Of a DNA stretch of 64,000 bases, positions 1-9,586 are shown piece by piece. The notes beneath the pieces are model-generated. The model was not told the origin of the DNA. It did no database searches and saw nothing but the letters and a program-made list of their open reading frames with translations. The translations under genes were made by a program, and so were the position numbers. This DNA comes from Bacteroidota bacterium (GTDB lineage Bacteria; Bacteroidota; Bacteroidia; Bacteroidales; F082), in NCBI GenBank assembly GCA_003232915.1, contig QIKE01000106.1:2703-66702 (forward strand), given 5' to 3'. Each line of letters opens with the position of its first letter. Within the stretch, counting starts at the first letter, position 1.

Positions 1-36
1 AATTATTAGAAAACAATTAAAACGTGTTATAATATG

Positions 37-83
37 ACGACAAGGGCGTAGAAATATATATATTTTCTCTACGCCCTTGTCGT
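37..83. repeat. Perfect 16-bp inverted repeat (hairpin)
   Basis: ACGACAAGGGCGTAGA (37-52) and its exact reverse complement TCTACGCCCTTGTCGT (68-83), with an AT-rich loop. Confidence 0.75.
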
Positions 84-508
84 GGGAAGCCAATCTCCTT
101 ACAATGAAGTAGTTTCATTGTTATATTTTGAGTGATAAGTAAAATTGTGATGTAGTTTCGTTTCAATTTATTGTGATTTTACGAGCAACAAGGACGACAC
201 TGGAAAGTATTGTTTGACGTTTGTATTGTACATCAAACGATGTAAATTAGCTACATCTATCTATAGAAGTTAAACGCAAAGTGTTTATTAACTATGTATA
301 ACCTCGAACGCTTTCAGTAGGCTTTTTATTGCACTCACACCTCCCACTTCCCAGAGATGAAGAGCCTATAAAATAGCTTCTTCGTCGCATTGTACATAGC
401 AAGGCCTCTTTTAATATCTTCAGTTTTGTACAATTTCATCCTGTTTTTTTTATAGAACCGTTGAATTTTACTTGTACTACTCCACAACATATTTGCATAT
501 TGTTCACT

Positions 509-549
509 AAAAAAAAGAAAAGCCTTACGGTTTCCCGTGAAGGCTTTTC
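509..549 (-). terminator. Intrinsic terminator after the PKD/T9SS genes
   Basis: GAAAAGCCTT-ACGG...CCGT-G-AAGGCTTTTC stem followed on the minus strand by a T8 run, about 20 nt past the stop at 571. Confidence 0.8.
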
Positions 550-570
550 AATAAACAGAAAAGGGAATTT

Positions 571-2886
571 TTACTTTGTCTTAACAAATTTTCTTACAAT
601 TTGTACTTGATCTTGGGGAATGATTTTTACGAAATAGACACCATTTGCCAACGAAGACATATCAAGGTGAATTTTGTGTAATCCTGAATTTAAAGTATAA
701 CTTTGCGTGTTAATTGTACGTCCCAATTGGTTTACGACAGAAATTTTCACAACCGAATGGTTTTTCATACCAATTTCGAGATACGAATCTGTTGATACCG
801 GGTTAGGGAAAATATTGCTTACACCTTCAATAAAGGCGCTAATTTTTGCAATACCCAAAACTGCTTTGCCGTCGGCTACTATAACATTAACATTTGCCGA
901 GGGGTTATTTTCGCTTAAAATAACTGTTCCGGGAATGGTTTTAATTCCTACAATTTCAGGATAAACAACATAGGTTCCCATTGCAAGACTATCGAAAGAG
1001 AATATTCCGCCGCTATTGGTACGAGTATAATACAACGGTTGTTCTTGTTCATTCAAAAGCATTATTTCCACATTTGACATTATTCCGCGTGTGTTGTTGC
1101 CATAAACCATTCCGCTGATATTTCCGTGGCCAGTTGAAGCAGATTGCGATGGCTGCATAAAAATATTGTAGCTATAGCCTGCTGGAAATGGAAAAATAGG
1201 CAAGGCTTCTTCCCAATTTATGGCATTTAAATGATAAGTAGGTACATAATTGCCAAAATAAGCCGAAGATGAATCAAGTTCGGCTTGAACGAAATATATG
1301 CAATGCTCCAGACCAATTCCTGTGAATTGGTAGTAGCCGGCATCGTTGGTTTGTGTTTGAGTGATGGCAATTAAGTTGTCCTCGGTAGTGTCAAAAGTCA
1401 TCAGATAAACCGTTGCAACATCGGTGGTAAGACTGTCTTCGAGATATACGTTACCATCGAAAGAGAAAGTGAATTCGTTACCCACAAATACCCAATCAAC
1501 ATAAGTTGATGAACATCCCGTAGAATCTTGCGTTGTAAGCCACACTTCGTATAAGCCGTCTTGAGCGTAAGTATGTGTTACGGGGCTGCCGCTGCCGGTT
1601 TCGTCATCGCCAAAGTCCCAACTAAAATTAGCCGGTGTGTCGTTACTGTTAAAAGCGTTGAAATTAATGTTAAGACTTGCAGTTGAATCAGCCTCCCAAG
1701 TAAACCACGAATTACAATCTTGAGTGCTGTCGTTATAAACATACACCTCTTGACAATAGGTGTCGGAGCAAGAGTCGGCAGTATTAGATATTGATAAACA
1801 AACCTGATACTCTCCACTTTGCGAATAAAGGTGAATGGGGTTTTGTTCCTGTGATGAGCTTCCATCGCCGAAATCCCATTGCCAAGAATTGGGATTACCT
1901 TCTGAGGCATCAACAAATTGCACGGATAACGAATCGCCTGCTTGAGGGATGCTATCGGTATAGTAGTATTCGAAAAATGCATCGCAATCGTTTTCGTTCC
2001 AATTTGTTACTATCACCTCTGCACAAAAGGTGTCTTCGCAATCGTTGGCGGTATCGGCAATGGTAAGACAAACATTATAAGTGCCTTCGTTGTCATAAAT
2101 GTGTACCGGATTTTGTTCGGTAGAATTACTGCCGTCGCCAAAATCCCACGACCAAGTGGCGGGTGGCATACCGTTGGCGCCAACACTCATATCCAAAAAA
2201 TGCATCGTAAACGGACTGGCGCTGTCGCCATCTTCGGGAAAAGCCACAAACATAGCCGTACAATATTCGTAATTGGTACTGTCACCAATCCAAACAGGAA
2301 TTTCCCTTGTACTTGTACAACTATCGGTAGTAATGGTTAATGCTACATTATACATATCTTCCTGAGTATAAGTGTGGACAGGATTTTGCTCGGCAGAGGT
2401 CTCGCCATCGCCGAAATCCCATTGCCAAGCGGTCGGGTTGCCAGATGATGCATCGGTAAAATGAACTGTCATCATATCATTCTCGTCGTAATAATACCAA
2501 AAATCGGCCTGACATTCGTCACTACTTGCAGAATCGATACAAATTTCCAAGTTGATGGTTAAATTAGTATTCGAAGGATTAAAAGATTCGGTACCCGAAA
2601 CATCGCCGTCGCAACCAAGGGTGGTGGCCGTAACACTACTTTGCGTAATGAAACTGGGTACATCGAACTGATCTTCGTATTGGCCAAGGCTGTCGGTAAC
2701 CACAGTGTTGTAAAATGTCCAGCCCATAAGACTATCGCCGGCCATTATATTAACGGGTTGCCCCATAACGGGAGCACCCGAATCACTTTCAGTAACGTTT
2801 CCTGAAACTGTTACCTGAAACGTTGTTTGACCAAAGCTAAGCAAACTCACCGTGCTTAAAAATAAGCTGAGAAAAATTGTTTTCAT
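571..2886 (-). CDS. PKD-repeat surface protein with T9SS type A sorting domain
   Basis: Signal peptide; four PKD repeats (WDFGD..S.EQNP.H.Y); C-terminal IFPNPV...L.NGVYFVKI...KFVK sorting signal. Confidence 0.9.
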   Translation of the reverse strand: MKTIFLSLFLSTVSLLSFGQTTFQVTVSGNVTESDSGAPVMGQPVNIMAGDSLMGWTFYNTVVTDSLGQYEDQFDVPSFITQSSVTATTLGCDGDVSGTESFNPSNTNLTINLEICIDSASSDECQADFWYYYDENDMMTVHFTDASSGNPTAWQWDFGDGETSAEQNPVHTYTQEDMYNVALTITTDSCTSTREIPVWIGDSTNYEYCTAMFVAFPEDGDSASPFTMHFLDMSVGANGMPPATWSWDFGDGSNSTEQNPVHIYDNEGTYNVCLTIADTANDCEDTFCAEVIVTNWNENDCDAFFEYYYTDSIPQAGDSLSVQFVDASEGNPNSWQWDFGDGSSSQEQNPIHLYSQSGEYQVCLSISNTADSCSDTYCQEVYVYNDSTQDCNSWFTWEADSTASLNINFNAFNSNDTPANFSWDFGDDETGSGSPVTHTYAQDGLYEVWLTTQDSTGCSSTYVDWVFVGNEFTFSFDGNVYLEDSLTTDVATVYLMTFDTTEDNLIAITQTQTNDAGYYQFTGIGLEHCIYFVQAELDSSSAYFGNYVPTYHLNAINWEEALPIFPFPAGYSYNIFMQPSQSASTGHGNISGMVYGNNTRGIMSNVEIMLLNEQEQPLYYTRTNSGGIFSFDSLAMGTYVVYPEIVGIKTIPGTVILSENNPSANVNVIVADGKAVLGIAKISAFIEGVSNIFPNPVSTDSYLEIGMKNHSVVKISVVNQLGRTINTQSYTLNSGLHKIHLDMSSLANGVYFVKIIPQDQVQIVRKFVKTK

Positions 2887-2982
2887 TGTTTTTTAACTTT
2901 TAATTAGACATTGAAGAAATTTATACCCTTTTCCGTATGTCTTTAAAATAGACAAACCTTTTGTTAATGGTTGCCCAATCGT

Positions 2983-5046
2983 TTAATGTTTTATAATAAT
3001 TTTTTTGTTAACAGATGAATATCCTTTTAAATCAATTATTTTCAAAAGATACAATCCCGAATGCATATCGTTGACGGATAACGATATGAGATTTCTACCA
3101 TAAGTTAAATTGAATTTTTGTTGTCGAATAAATTTTCCGGTAAAATTATAAAACGACAGTAAAACGGTTTTGTTTGCCACAGTGTTAATCACTACTGTAA
3201 GTTGTTTGTCGGCTGGAAGAGGATAAATTTTTGAAATGATGAACGACTTTCGACTGTTTAAAGAAAAAATACCATCGGTATTTGAACAAATTAATCCAAC
3301 ATTGAGATCGGTAAGAATTGGTTTTTGTGCATTGAGGGTAACAGTTATTTCGTCGCTGTAAAAGCCTGTGTATTCGGCTCTTACTTTGTAGTTGCCAAAT
3401 GGAAGGTTTCCAAACGAATAATGTCCGTTTTCGTTAGTATAAGTTATTAAAAGTAACAAACCGGTATCATTATAAAGTTGTAATTCAATATGTTCCGGAT
3501 CAAAACTTTCGCAGTTATCCTTAATAAAAATTTTTCCTGCCAGTGAACCTGTTCCTGTTGCAGTTAATGCCAATGCTTGCAAATGAATATCGGTATCGAA
3601 AGTTTGCGAATTATTTAAATGAAACTTATCTGCCTTTTGCCAATTGCTTACATTTCCATAATAGGAGGGGGCATAAAGTCCAAAATCACGTGAGCCTTCG
3701 ATAAGGTCAACACGGATAAGGTAATTGCCTTGTAGTTTGTTAATAAACCAATAATAGCCGTATCGCCAAAATGTACGCAGATCTGTTAATTGCCAGCGGT
3801 TGTCAACTTTACGGTACAAATAGGCAACTGCTTTATTGGTACTGTCGCCGTCTTCGATGTTGATGGGGAAATCGCCAATAAAAGTATGTCCTCCGAAATT
3901 ATAATATTTAGGTGTTTCAACCCACTGGCAATAAGTATCTTCGCAAAAAATGCTGTCGTCTTGTAGATGTTGAACGCTAAGGCAAACTTCGTAATATCCC
4001 GAATCGGCATAAGTATGCATCGGATTCTTTTCGTTAGAAAATGTTCCGTCGCCAAAATCCCAATACCAATAATTCGTATTTTCTTGAGACAAGTTGGTAA
4101 ATGAATAAACATAGGGTGTACTGTTGAGCGTATCAAGTGCCACCGAAAAATCGGCTTCGCAATTTTGTGGTGTACTATCGCTGTTGACTTGAATAGGAGT
4201 AAACTCCGAATCGTAACAATCTGTTATACTGTCGACTATTGATAAACTTATTAGATACATACCTGGTTTGCTGAACAAATGCGACGGATTTTGTTTGTAA
4301 ACAGGCGGAGTGTTGTCGCCAAAATCCCAAATCCAAATAGTAGGATTACCATTCGAACGATCGTGGAAATGAATGAACAATGGGTTGCCGATACCGGCAT
4401 CGTAATCGAAATCGGCAAAACAATGAATACTGTCGCCAAGGTATAATATTTTGAAATAGTAATCGGTACAGTTTCCCGACGAATCGGAAACAAATAGGTT
4501 TATAAAATATTGTCCGTATTCGGGAAAAAGATGTTGTGGATTTTGCTTGTTAGAATATGTTCCGTCGCCAAAATCCCATTGCCAACTATCAATTGCGCCG
4601 GTTGAATAGTCGGTAAAATAAACCAAAAGTGGATTTTCATTATCAATATTGTATTCGAAACCGGCGTTTATATCACAACCGGTATTACAAATCTTAAAGT
4701 TTACGTTATTTACCTGTGTTGGATTTGTAATACTTTCTATATGAAGCTGTTGTTGGTAATCGTATGTTGAAACTATAATCGGTAACTGATTAGGATACAA
4801 AATTGTATCGTTAAAAAAACCGTTTTCATCAGTAGCTACGATAGTAGAATAAGAAGAATCGACCATGTCGATAAACACTTCGTGAAAGGCGATCGCTGTG
4901 TCGGTTTCAATTTCTTTAACGGTTCCTTTAACAATAATATATTCTTGAGCTTTTAGATGTAGAGTGTCAATGACAAGGAGTATCAAGAATAATATTTTGA
5001 TGAATTTTTTCATAGTCGCAGAGTTAAAAATCATAATAAATCCCAC
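2983..5046 (-). CDS. PKD-repeat surface protein with T9SS type A sorting domain (paralog of 571-2886)
   Basis: Three WDFGD PKD repeats; IYPLPA...SGLYLLKI...KKIII CTD; likely start at MKKFIK (~5013). Confidence 0.88.
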   Translation of the reverse strand: MGFIMIFNSATMKKFIKILFLILLVIDTLHLKAQEYIIVKGTVKEIETDTAIAFHEVFIDMVDSSYSTIVATDENGFFNDTILYPNQLPIIVSTYDYQQQLHIESITNPTQVNNVNFKICNTGCDINAGFEYNIDNENPLLVYFTDYSTGAIDSWQWDFGDGTYSNKQNPQHLFPEYGQYFINLFVSDSSGNCTDYYFKILYLGDSIHCFADFDYDAGIGNPLFIHFHDRSNGNPTIWIWDFGDNTPPVYKQNPSHLFSKPGMYLISLSIVDSITDCYDSEFTPIQVNSDSTPQNCEADFSVALDTLNSTPYVYSFTNLSQENTNYWYWDFGDGTFSNEKNPMHTYADSGYYEVCLSVQHLQDDSIFCEDTYCQWVETPKYYNFGGHTFIGDFPINIEDGDSTNKAVAYLYRKVDNRWQLTDLRTFWRYGYYWFINKLQGNYLIRVDLIEGSRDFGLYAPSYYGNVSNWQKADKFHLNNSQTFDTDIHLQALALTATGTGSLAGKIFIKDNCESFDPEHIELQLYNDTGLLLLITYTNENGHYSFGNLPFGNYKVRAEYTGFYSDEITVTLNAQKPILTDLNVGLICSNTDGIFSLNSRKSFIISKIYPLPADKQLTVVINTVANKTVLLSFYNFTGKFIRQQKFNLTYGRNLISLSVNDMHSGLYLLKIIDLKGYSSVNKKIIIKH

Positions 5047-6328
5047 ATTGTAATCCCATAGTATAAGGTTTTACAACAATACCCGACACATAAATATTGT
5101 TTAGATATTTTGTAAATGTCGGTTGTAAGCATATCGAAATTCTTCTTTTAATTTTGTAATTAAAGCGTAATGCAATTAACCATCGATAATTGAAATTACT
5201 GCGATCGGGAGTTTCTCGAATTATTCCCAAAAGGTGATAATTAGGATTGTCGAAACGAATTTCAGGAATATTTTGCTCAATTAATTCACTAAAAATAAGG
5301 CCAGTTTCCATGGCAATTATTAATTTACCTTTTTTAAAGAATTTATATCCTACAGTTACCGGTATATTGATATATGTGAAATGAAAAACGGGATGAGTCA
5401 TATTAAAGTGCACCAAACTATCGTAAACCGTAGTTTTTTTTGTTTTAAAAGTAACTTTTTCAGGATTTTCAGGGTTTACTTCAAAAGAAACAACACGGTT
5501 GTAATAGCCGATACTGTCATAGCTTTTAAAATTGATTTTAAAGGCAGCTTGTTCATTTGTTTTTTCATACAAAATGCCAGATGTAATATAGAAGTTGCCG
5601 GTGTTTACTCCGAAACTAAGACCTGCCGACCATGAGGCCATATCTTTGGCATTCGGGTAATAAACCTTTTCGACAGCAGTTGCTGTTGCAGTCCACAAAT
5701 GAAGATTATTGTGTTTTTTAAGATAAGGTTCAACAATTTGGTCAAACGCAAACTGAGGTAGCAATTCTATTTTCGACAATGTGTTGAGCCGCAGCGAACG
5801 GAGAGCTAAATAAGAAATTAATTGTTGAGAGTTTTCTTTTATCATTTTTTGTTCATTTCTTTTGCTATATTCTGTTGTTTCGGTTTTTGCAAATATGCTT
5901 TCTTTTGCTAAAAAGTGAGGCCTTACTTTTTGTTTGGTTTCAAAAGTTTGCATATTCTGTTTTTGTTCGTTCGAAGATGGTACTTCAACATTTTTTGTAA
6001 GATTGTTGATACCAATGGTTTGCTTGGAAATATCTATTTCTGGGCTTTCCGTATTTTGTTTTTCTTTTAAAATTATTGCGGTATCTTTATCTTGCTTTAT
6101 AACAGGGTTTTGATGAATCGTAAAACCATCGTTTTGCTTTAAAAGCAAATAGCCTACTACCAACAAAAACAGCAAAACGGCTACTGCCCATAAAATTTTT
6201 CGATAGTTATATATAACCGTATCTCCAAAAAAACCTGCTTTTACTTTCTTCCAAACATTTCTGGAAGGCGCAACCTTATAGTGGTCGAGTTTTTCTTTAA
6301 AGAGATTGTCAATGACGTGTTCTTTCAT
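5024..6328 (-). CDS. Putative anti-sigma factor with C-terminal outer-membrane beta-barrel (Dma-like)
   Basis: N-terminal DNLFKEKL...P...VW..V anti-sigma-like segment, one TM helix, polar linker, amphipathic beta-strands ending YYDF; directly downstream of the ECF sigma gene. Confidence 0.7.
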   Translation of the reverse strand: MKEHVIDNLFKEKLDHYKVAPSRNVWKKVKAGFFGDTVIYNYRKILWAVAVLLFLLVVGYLLLKQNDGFTIHQNPVIKQDKDTAIILKEKQNTESPEIDISKQTIGINNLTKNVEVPSSNEQKQNMQTFETKQKVRPHFLAKESIFAKTETTEYSKRNEQKMIKENSQQLISYLALRSLRLNTLSKIELLPQFAFDQIVEPYLKKHNNLHLWTATATAVEKVYYPNAKDMASWSAGLSFGVNTGNFYITSGILYEKTNEQAAFKINFKSYDSIGYYNRVVSFEVNPENPEKVTFKTKKTTVYDSLVHFNMTHPVFHFTYINIPVTVGYKFFKKGKLIIAMETGLIFSELIEQNIPEIRFDNPNYHLLGIIRETPDRSNFNYRWLIALRFNYKIKRRISICLQPTFTKYLNNIYVSGIVVKPYTMGLQCGIYYDF

Positions 6329-6338
6329 CGTTTCGATA

Positions 6339-6926
6339 TTAAATTTTAGTACCGTATCTATCAGCGAGTTCTTTTTTTAATTTTCGTCTCGCCTTAAACA
6401 ATTGTGTTTTGGAAGTGCTTTCCGAAATATCTAGTATTCTGGCAATTTTGGCATGTGATAAGTTCTCAAAAACAAACAGGTTGAAAACCATTCGATAGCC
6501 TTGCGGAAGACGTTGTATCATATTCATTAAAACTTCTTGAGCTAAAGGTGTGGTAATTTCCCGATTATACACATCATAAGATGTGTCTTCGGCAACAGAA
6601 CTGTCGCCGGCATAAAATTCGTGTTCATAGTATTTTTTGTTCGCTTTAAAGTGATTGATAGCAGTATTTACCATCAACCTTCTTATCCACCCGTCGAACG
6701 AACCTTTAAAAGCAAAAGTGTCTATCTTTTGAAATACTTTGATAAAACCTTCCTGCACAACGTCCTCAGCTTCTTCGCGCGACTTGCAATATCGCATACA
6801 AACCCCTAGCATTTTTGGTGCATACATACTATAAAGCTTTGTAAATGCTTTCTTTTTCCCTCTTTTACAAGCGTTTATTATTTTTTCCGTTTCTGTCATC
6901 AGGTGTTTCCGATAATTATACGACAA
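6339..6926 (-). CDS. ECF-type RNA polymerase sigma-70 factor
   Basis: Region 2 (AEDVVQEGFIKVF, SFDGWIRR..VNTAIN) and region 4 (LPQGYRMVFNL...IA..L.ISESTSKTQLFKAR); likely start at 6899. Confidence 0.95.
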   Translation of the reverse strand: MSYNYRKHLMTETEKIINACKRGKKKAFTKLYSMYAPKMLGVCMRYCKSREEAEDVVQEGFIKVFQKIDTFAFKGSFDGWIRRLMVNTAINHFKANKKYYEHEFYAGDSSVAEDTSYDVYNREITTPLAQEVLMNMIQRLPQGYRMVFNLFVFENLSHAKIARILDISESTSKTQLFKARRKLKKELADRYGTKI

Positions 6927-7463
6927 GGAGTTTGGCGTGAAGTTGCCTATAAATTATTAAAAAAAAAATGTAAAAAAATTGTTGTTGTTTTAAAATATTG
7001 TAGTTGTGCGATAACAAGCCTGAATAAATGAATGTTTTAGACTGTACCGTCCGCTTACCGGTATCGCATATGGTTTATATAAGTTATTGAATAATTAATG
7101 CCTTAAAGAAAACTCCTTTTCTTAAAGTTGTTTAATCAGAAAACGTTAAATTCGAGTCTGGATAAGCTTTGAATACTATTGGTTTATGAAAATAAATGAT
7201 TAGTATACAAAGTGAGCGTAACGAAGAAATTGATATTTTCGGGCAAGTATTTCTAGTTTAATTAATTATTCGGAGCACAATTATTAAGCGGAATCAAGTT
7301 AAAACAATAAAAAATTTCAAAAAAAGATGAAAAATCAAACTTTTCACGAAAACTGACGTTAGAATAACAGTAAAGTTATTAAACTCACGTTTGAGAAGAT
7401 GTTTTTAATAAGTAAATTACGAGACAAAATATAAGCTTTTTTATTAAATCTATCAATGGTTAT

Positions 7464-9494
7464 ATGCAAAAGAGAAATGAAATTTCTTTAGTACAAATGA
7501 TTGGTGGTATTATCATTAAGAAATTAAGTGATAATCCGAAAGATAATATTCTGATCATCATTAAAGGTGTACAAAAAGTATTTAATAGTAAATTATGTAT
7601 TTATAATTGTTTTAACGAAGATTATACCGAACTAACTACATATACCAATTTGCTCAAAAAATATGAAGCCGATCCGTCCGATGCCATAGGGCATATCTGT
7701 ACTGATGTTGCTTTGATGGATATTGGAAAACCTATTTACATCAAAGACCTTGTTACTACTAACTATCTTTATACCGATCTTGTAGTAAAAGAATTGAGTT
7801 TGCGAACGTATCTTGGTGTTCCCGTTAAAGGAAGAAACAAGGTATTTGGTGTGTTATCGGTTGTGTACGACGAAGTACGCGAGTTTGACGACATAGAAAA
7901 CACAATTCTTGCTAATATGGCCAGATTGATTGCCATTGAAGAAAATAATTTGAATATTATCAATCGGGAAAAGAATATTAACAAAAAATATCATTTGGTA
8001 TTTGAAAATATGAACGACGGTATATTTTTGATGAAAGGAAAAAAAATTGTTGATGCTAACGAATTAAGTTGTGACTTGTTCGGATATAATAAAGACGAAT
8101 TACTCGGCAAATCTCCTATCGAATTATCACCTAAATATCAACCCGATGGTAACCTTTCAGAACAAAAGGCTATAATGCACATTAAGGCATCTTATAAAAA
8201 GAAACAAATTTTCGAGTGGACACACAAAAAGAAAAACGGCAGTCCTTTTTATGCCGAAATAACTTTAACTTACATTCCGGAAAGCCTTGATGCCGATCTC
8301 GTTGCTTTTGTACATGATATAACGAGCCGGCGTAATCACGAACTAGAACTCATCAAAGCACGCGAAAAAGCTGAAAATGCCGATAAACTAAAATCAATTT
8401 TTCTTGCCAACATGTCGCATGAAATACGTACTCCACTAAATTCAATTATTGGTTTTTCCGATTTGTTGCTTGATGAAGATGCAACGAAAGAAGACCGGCA
8501 GACATTTGCCGATATGATTAAAACGGCTGGAAAATCGCTATTGCAACTCATTGAAGATATTATTGATATTTCGAAAATAGAAGCAGGTCAACTGAAAATA
8601 AGAATGAAATCGTTTGATGTAAACGAAAGTCTTAACCGTCTGTATTTGAATATGAAAAAAGAAAAAATCAGCAGAGGTAGAGAAAATGTGGATTTAAAGT
8701 TAGTAAAAGGACTAACAAAAGATTTGATTATTCAGTCGGACGAAGTCAGGTTTCATCAAGTTTTTACCAATTTGCTAATCAATGCACTAAAATTTACCGA
8801 GGCCGGTGTTATTGAATTTGGCTATATTGGCATTTCCAATTCGTCAATTCAATTTTACGTAAAAGATACGGGCAATGGCATTTCAGCCGAAGAAATTCCT
8901 TTAATTTTTAGGCGTTTCGGTCAGGCAACGCAAGATTATACTCAAAATAAAACAGGAAAAGGTTTGGGGCTGGCAATTACGCAGTCGTTGGTAACAATGC
9001 TGGGGGGTAAAATTTGGGTCGATTCGTTACCAAAACTAGGGAGTACGTTTTATTTTACCCTTCCTATTGATAACAAGCTCGCAGAGAAATTAAATCCTTT
9101 GTTTTACACTAAATTCACGGATTCTTTTAAGGGTAAAACCATTCTAATAGTTGATAATATTCAAGAAAATTATCATTTTATCCGTGGAAATCTCAACGAT
9201 ACGGGTGCCAATTTTGTTTGGTCGAAAGGAGGTAGTCAGGCAGTAAAATATTGCTATGAACACGACAATATCGATTTGGTATTGATGGATATTGTTATGC
9301 CCGAAGTGAACGGTTTTGTAGCTACAACTCAAATTAAAAAAAGCAAACCGGATTTACCTGTTATTGCCCAAACGGCTTTTACCGACAAATATGAAAAAAT
9401 TAAAAGTCTCGAAGCCGGCTGCGACGATTACTTGGCTAAACCTATTAACTTTATCGAACTTTTCGGTTTGCTTTCAAGGTATTTATCAAGATAA
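7464..9494 (+). CDS. Cytoplasmic hybrid histidine kinase (GAF-PAS-HisKA-HATPase-REC)
   Basis: GAF (YLGVPV...GVLSV), PAS ([10 protein letters not shown]), H-box [32 protein letters not shown], receiver VLMDIVMP...KP. Confidence 0.93.
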   Translation: MQKRNEISLVQMIGGIIIKKLSDNPKDNILIIIKGVQKVFNSKLCIYNCFNEDYTELTTYTNLLKKYEADPSDAIGHICTDVALMDIGKPIYIKDLVTTNYLYTDLVVKELSLRTYLGVPVKGRNKVFGVLSVVYDEVREFDDIENTILANMARLIAIEENNLNIINREKNINKKYHLVFENMNDGIFLMKGKKIVDANELSCDLFGYNKDELLGKSPIELSPKYQPDGNLSEQKAIMHIKASYKKKQIFEWTHKKKNGSPFYAEITLTYIPESLDADLVAFVHDITSRRNHELELIKAREKAENADKLKSIFLANMSHEIRTPLNSIIGFSDLLLDEDATKEDRQTFADMIKTAGKSLLQLIEDIIDISKIEAGQLKIRMKSFDVNESLNRLYLNMKKEKISRGRENVDLKLVKGLTKDLIIQSDEVRFHQVFTNLLINALKFTEAGVIEFGYIGISNSSIQFYVKDTGNGISAEEIPLIFRRFGQATQDYTQNKTGKGLGLAITQSLVTMLGGKIWVDSLPKLGSTFYFTLPIDNKLAEKLNPLFYTKFTDSFKGKTILIVDNIQENYHFIRGNLNDTGANFVWSKGGSQAVKYCYEHDNIDLVLMDIVMPEVNGFVATTQIKKSKPDLPVIAQTAFTDKYEKIKSLEAGCDDYLAKPINFIELFGLLSRYLSR

Positions 9495-9586
9495 CAATTT
9501 ATAACACAAAATGGAATGTATTAGGAGTTTTCATGACGATTTTTTTTGAAAAAAAAAGATATAAAGATAGTTCAAACAGGCAATAA

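Noticed and set aside
90-480. Possible decayed gene on the minus strand (…CDEEAIL*ALHLWEVGGVSAIKSLLKAF…)
   Set aside because: Too short and interrupted to assign to any family by eye.
1600-4585. Recurring GCC(A/G)AAATCCCA-like DNA motifs that could look like a CRISPR or repeat array
   Set aside because: They encode the WDFGD core of PKD domains inside ORFs; spacing is hundreds of bases and there are no cas genes.
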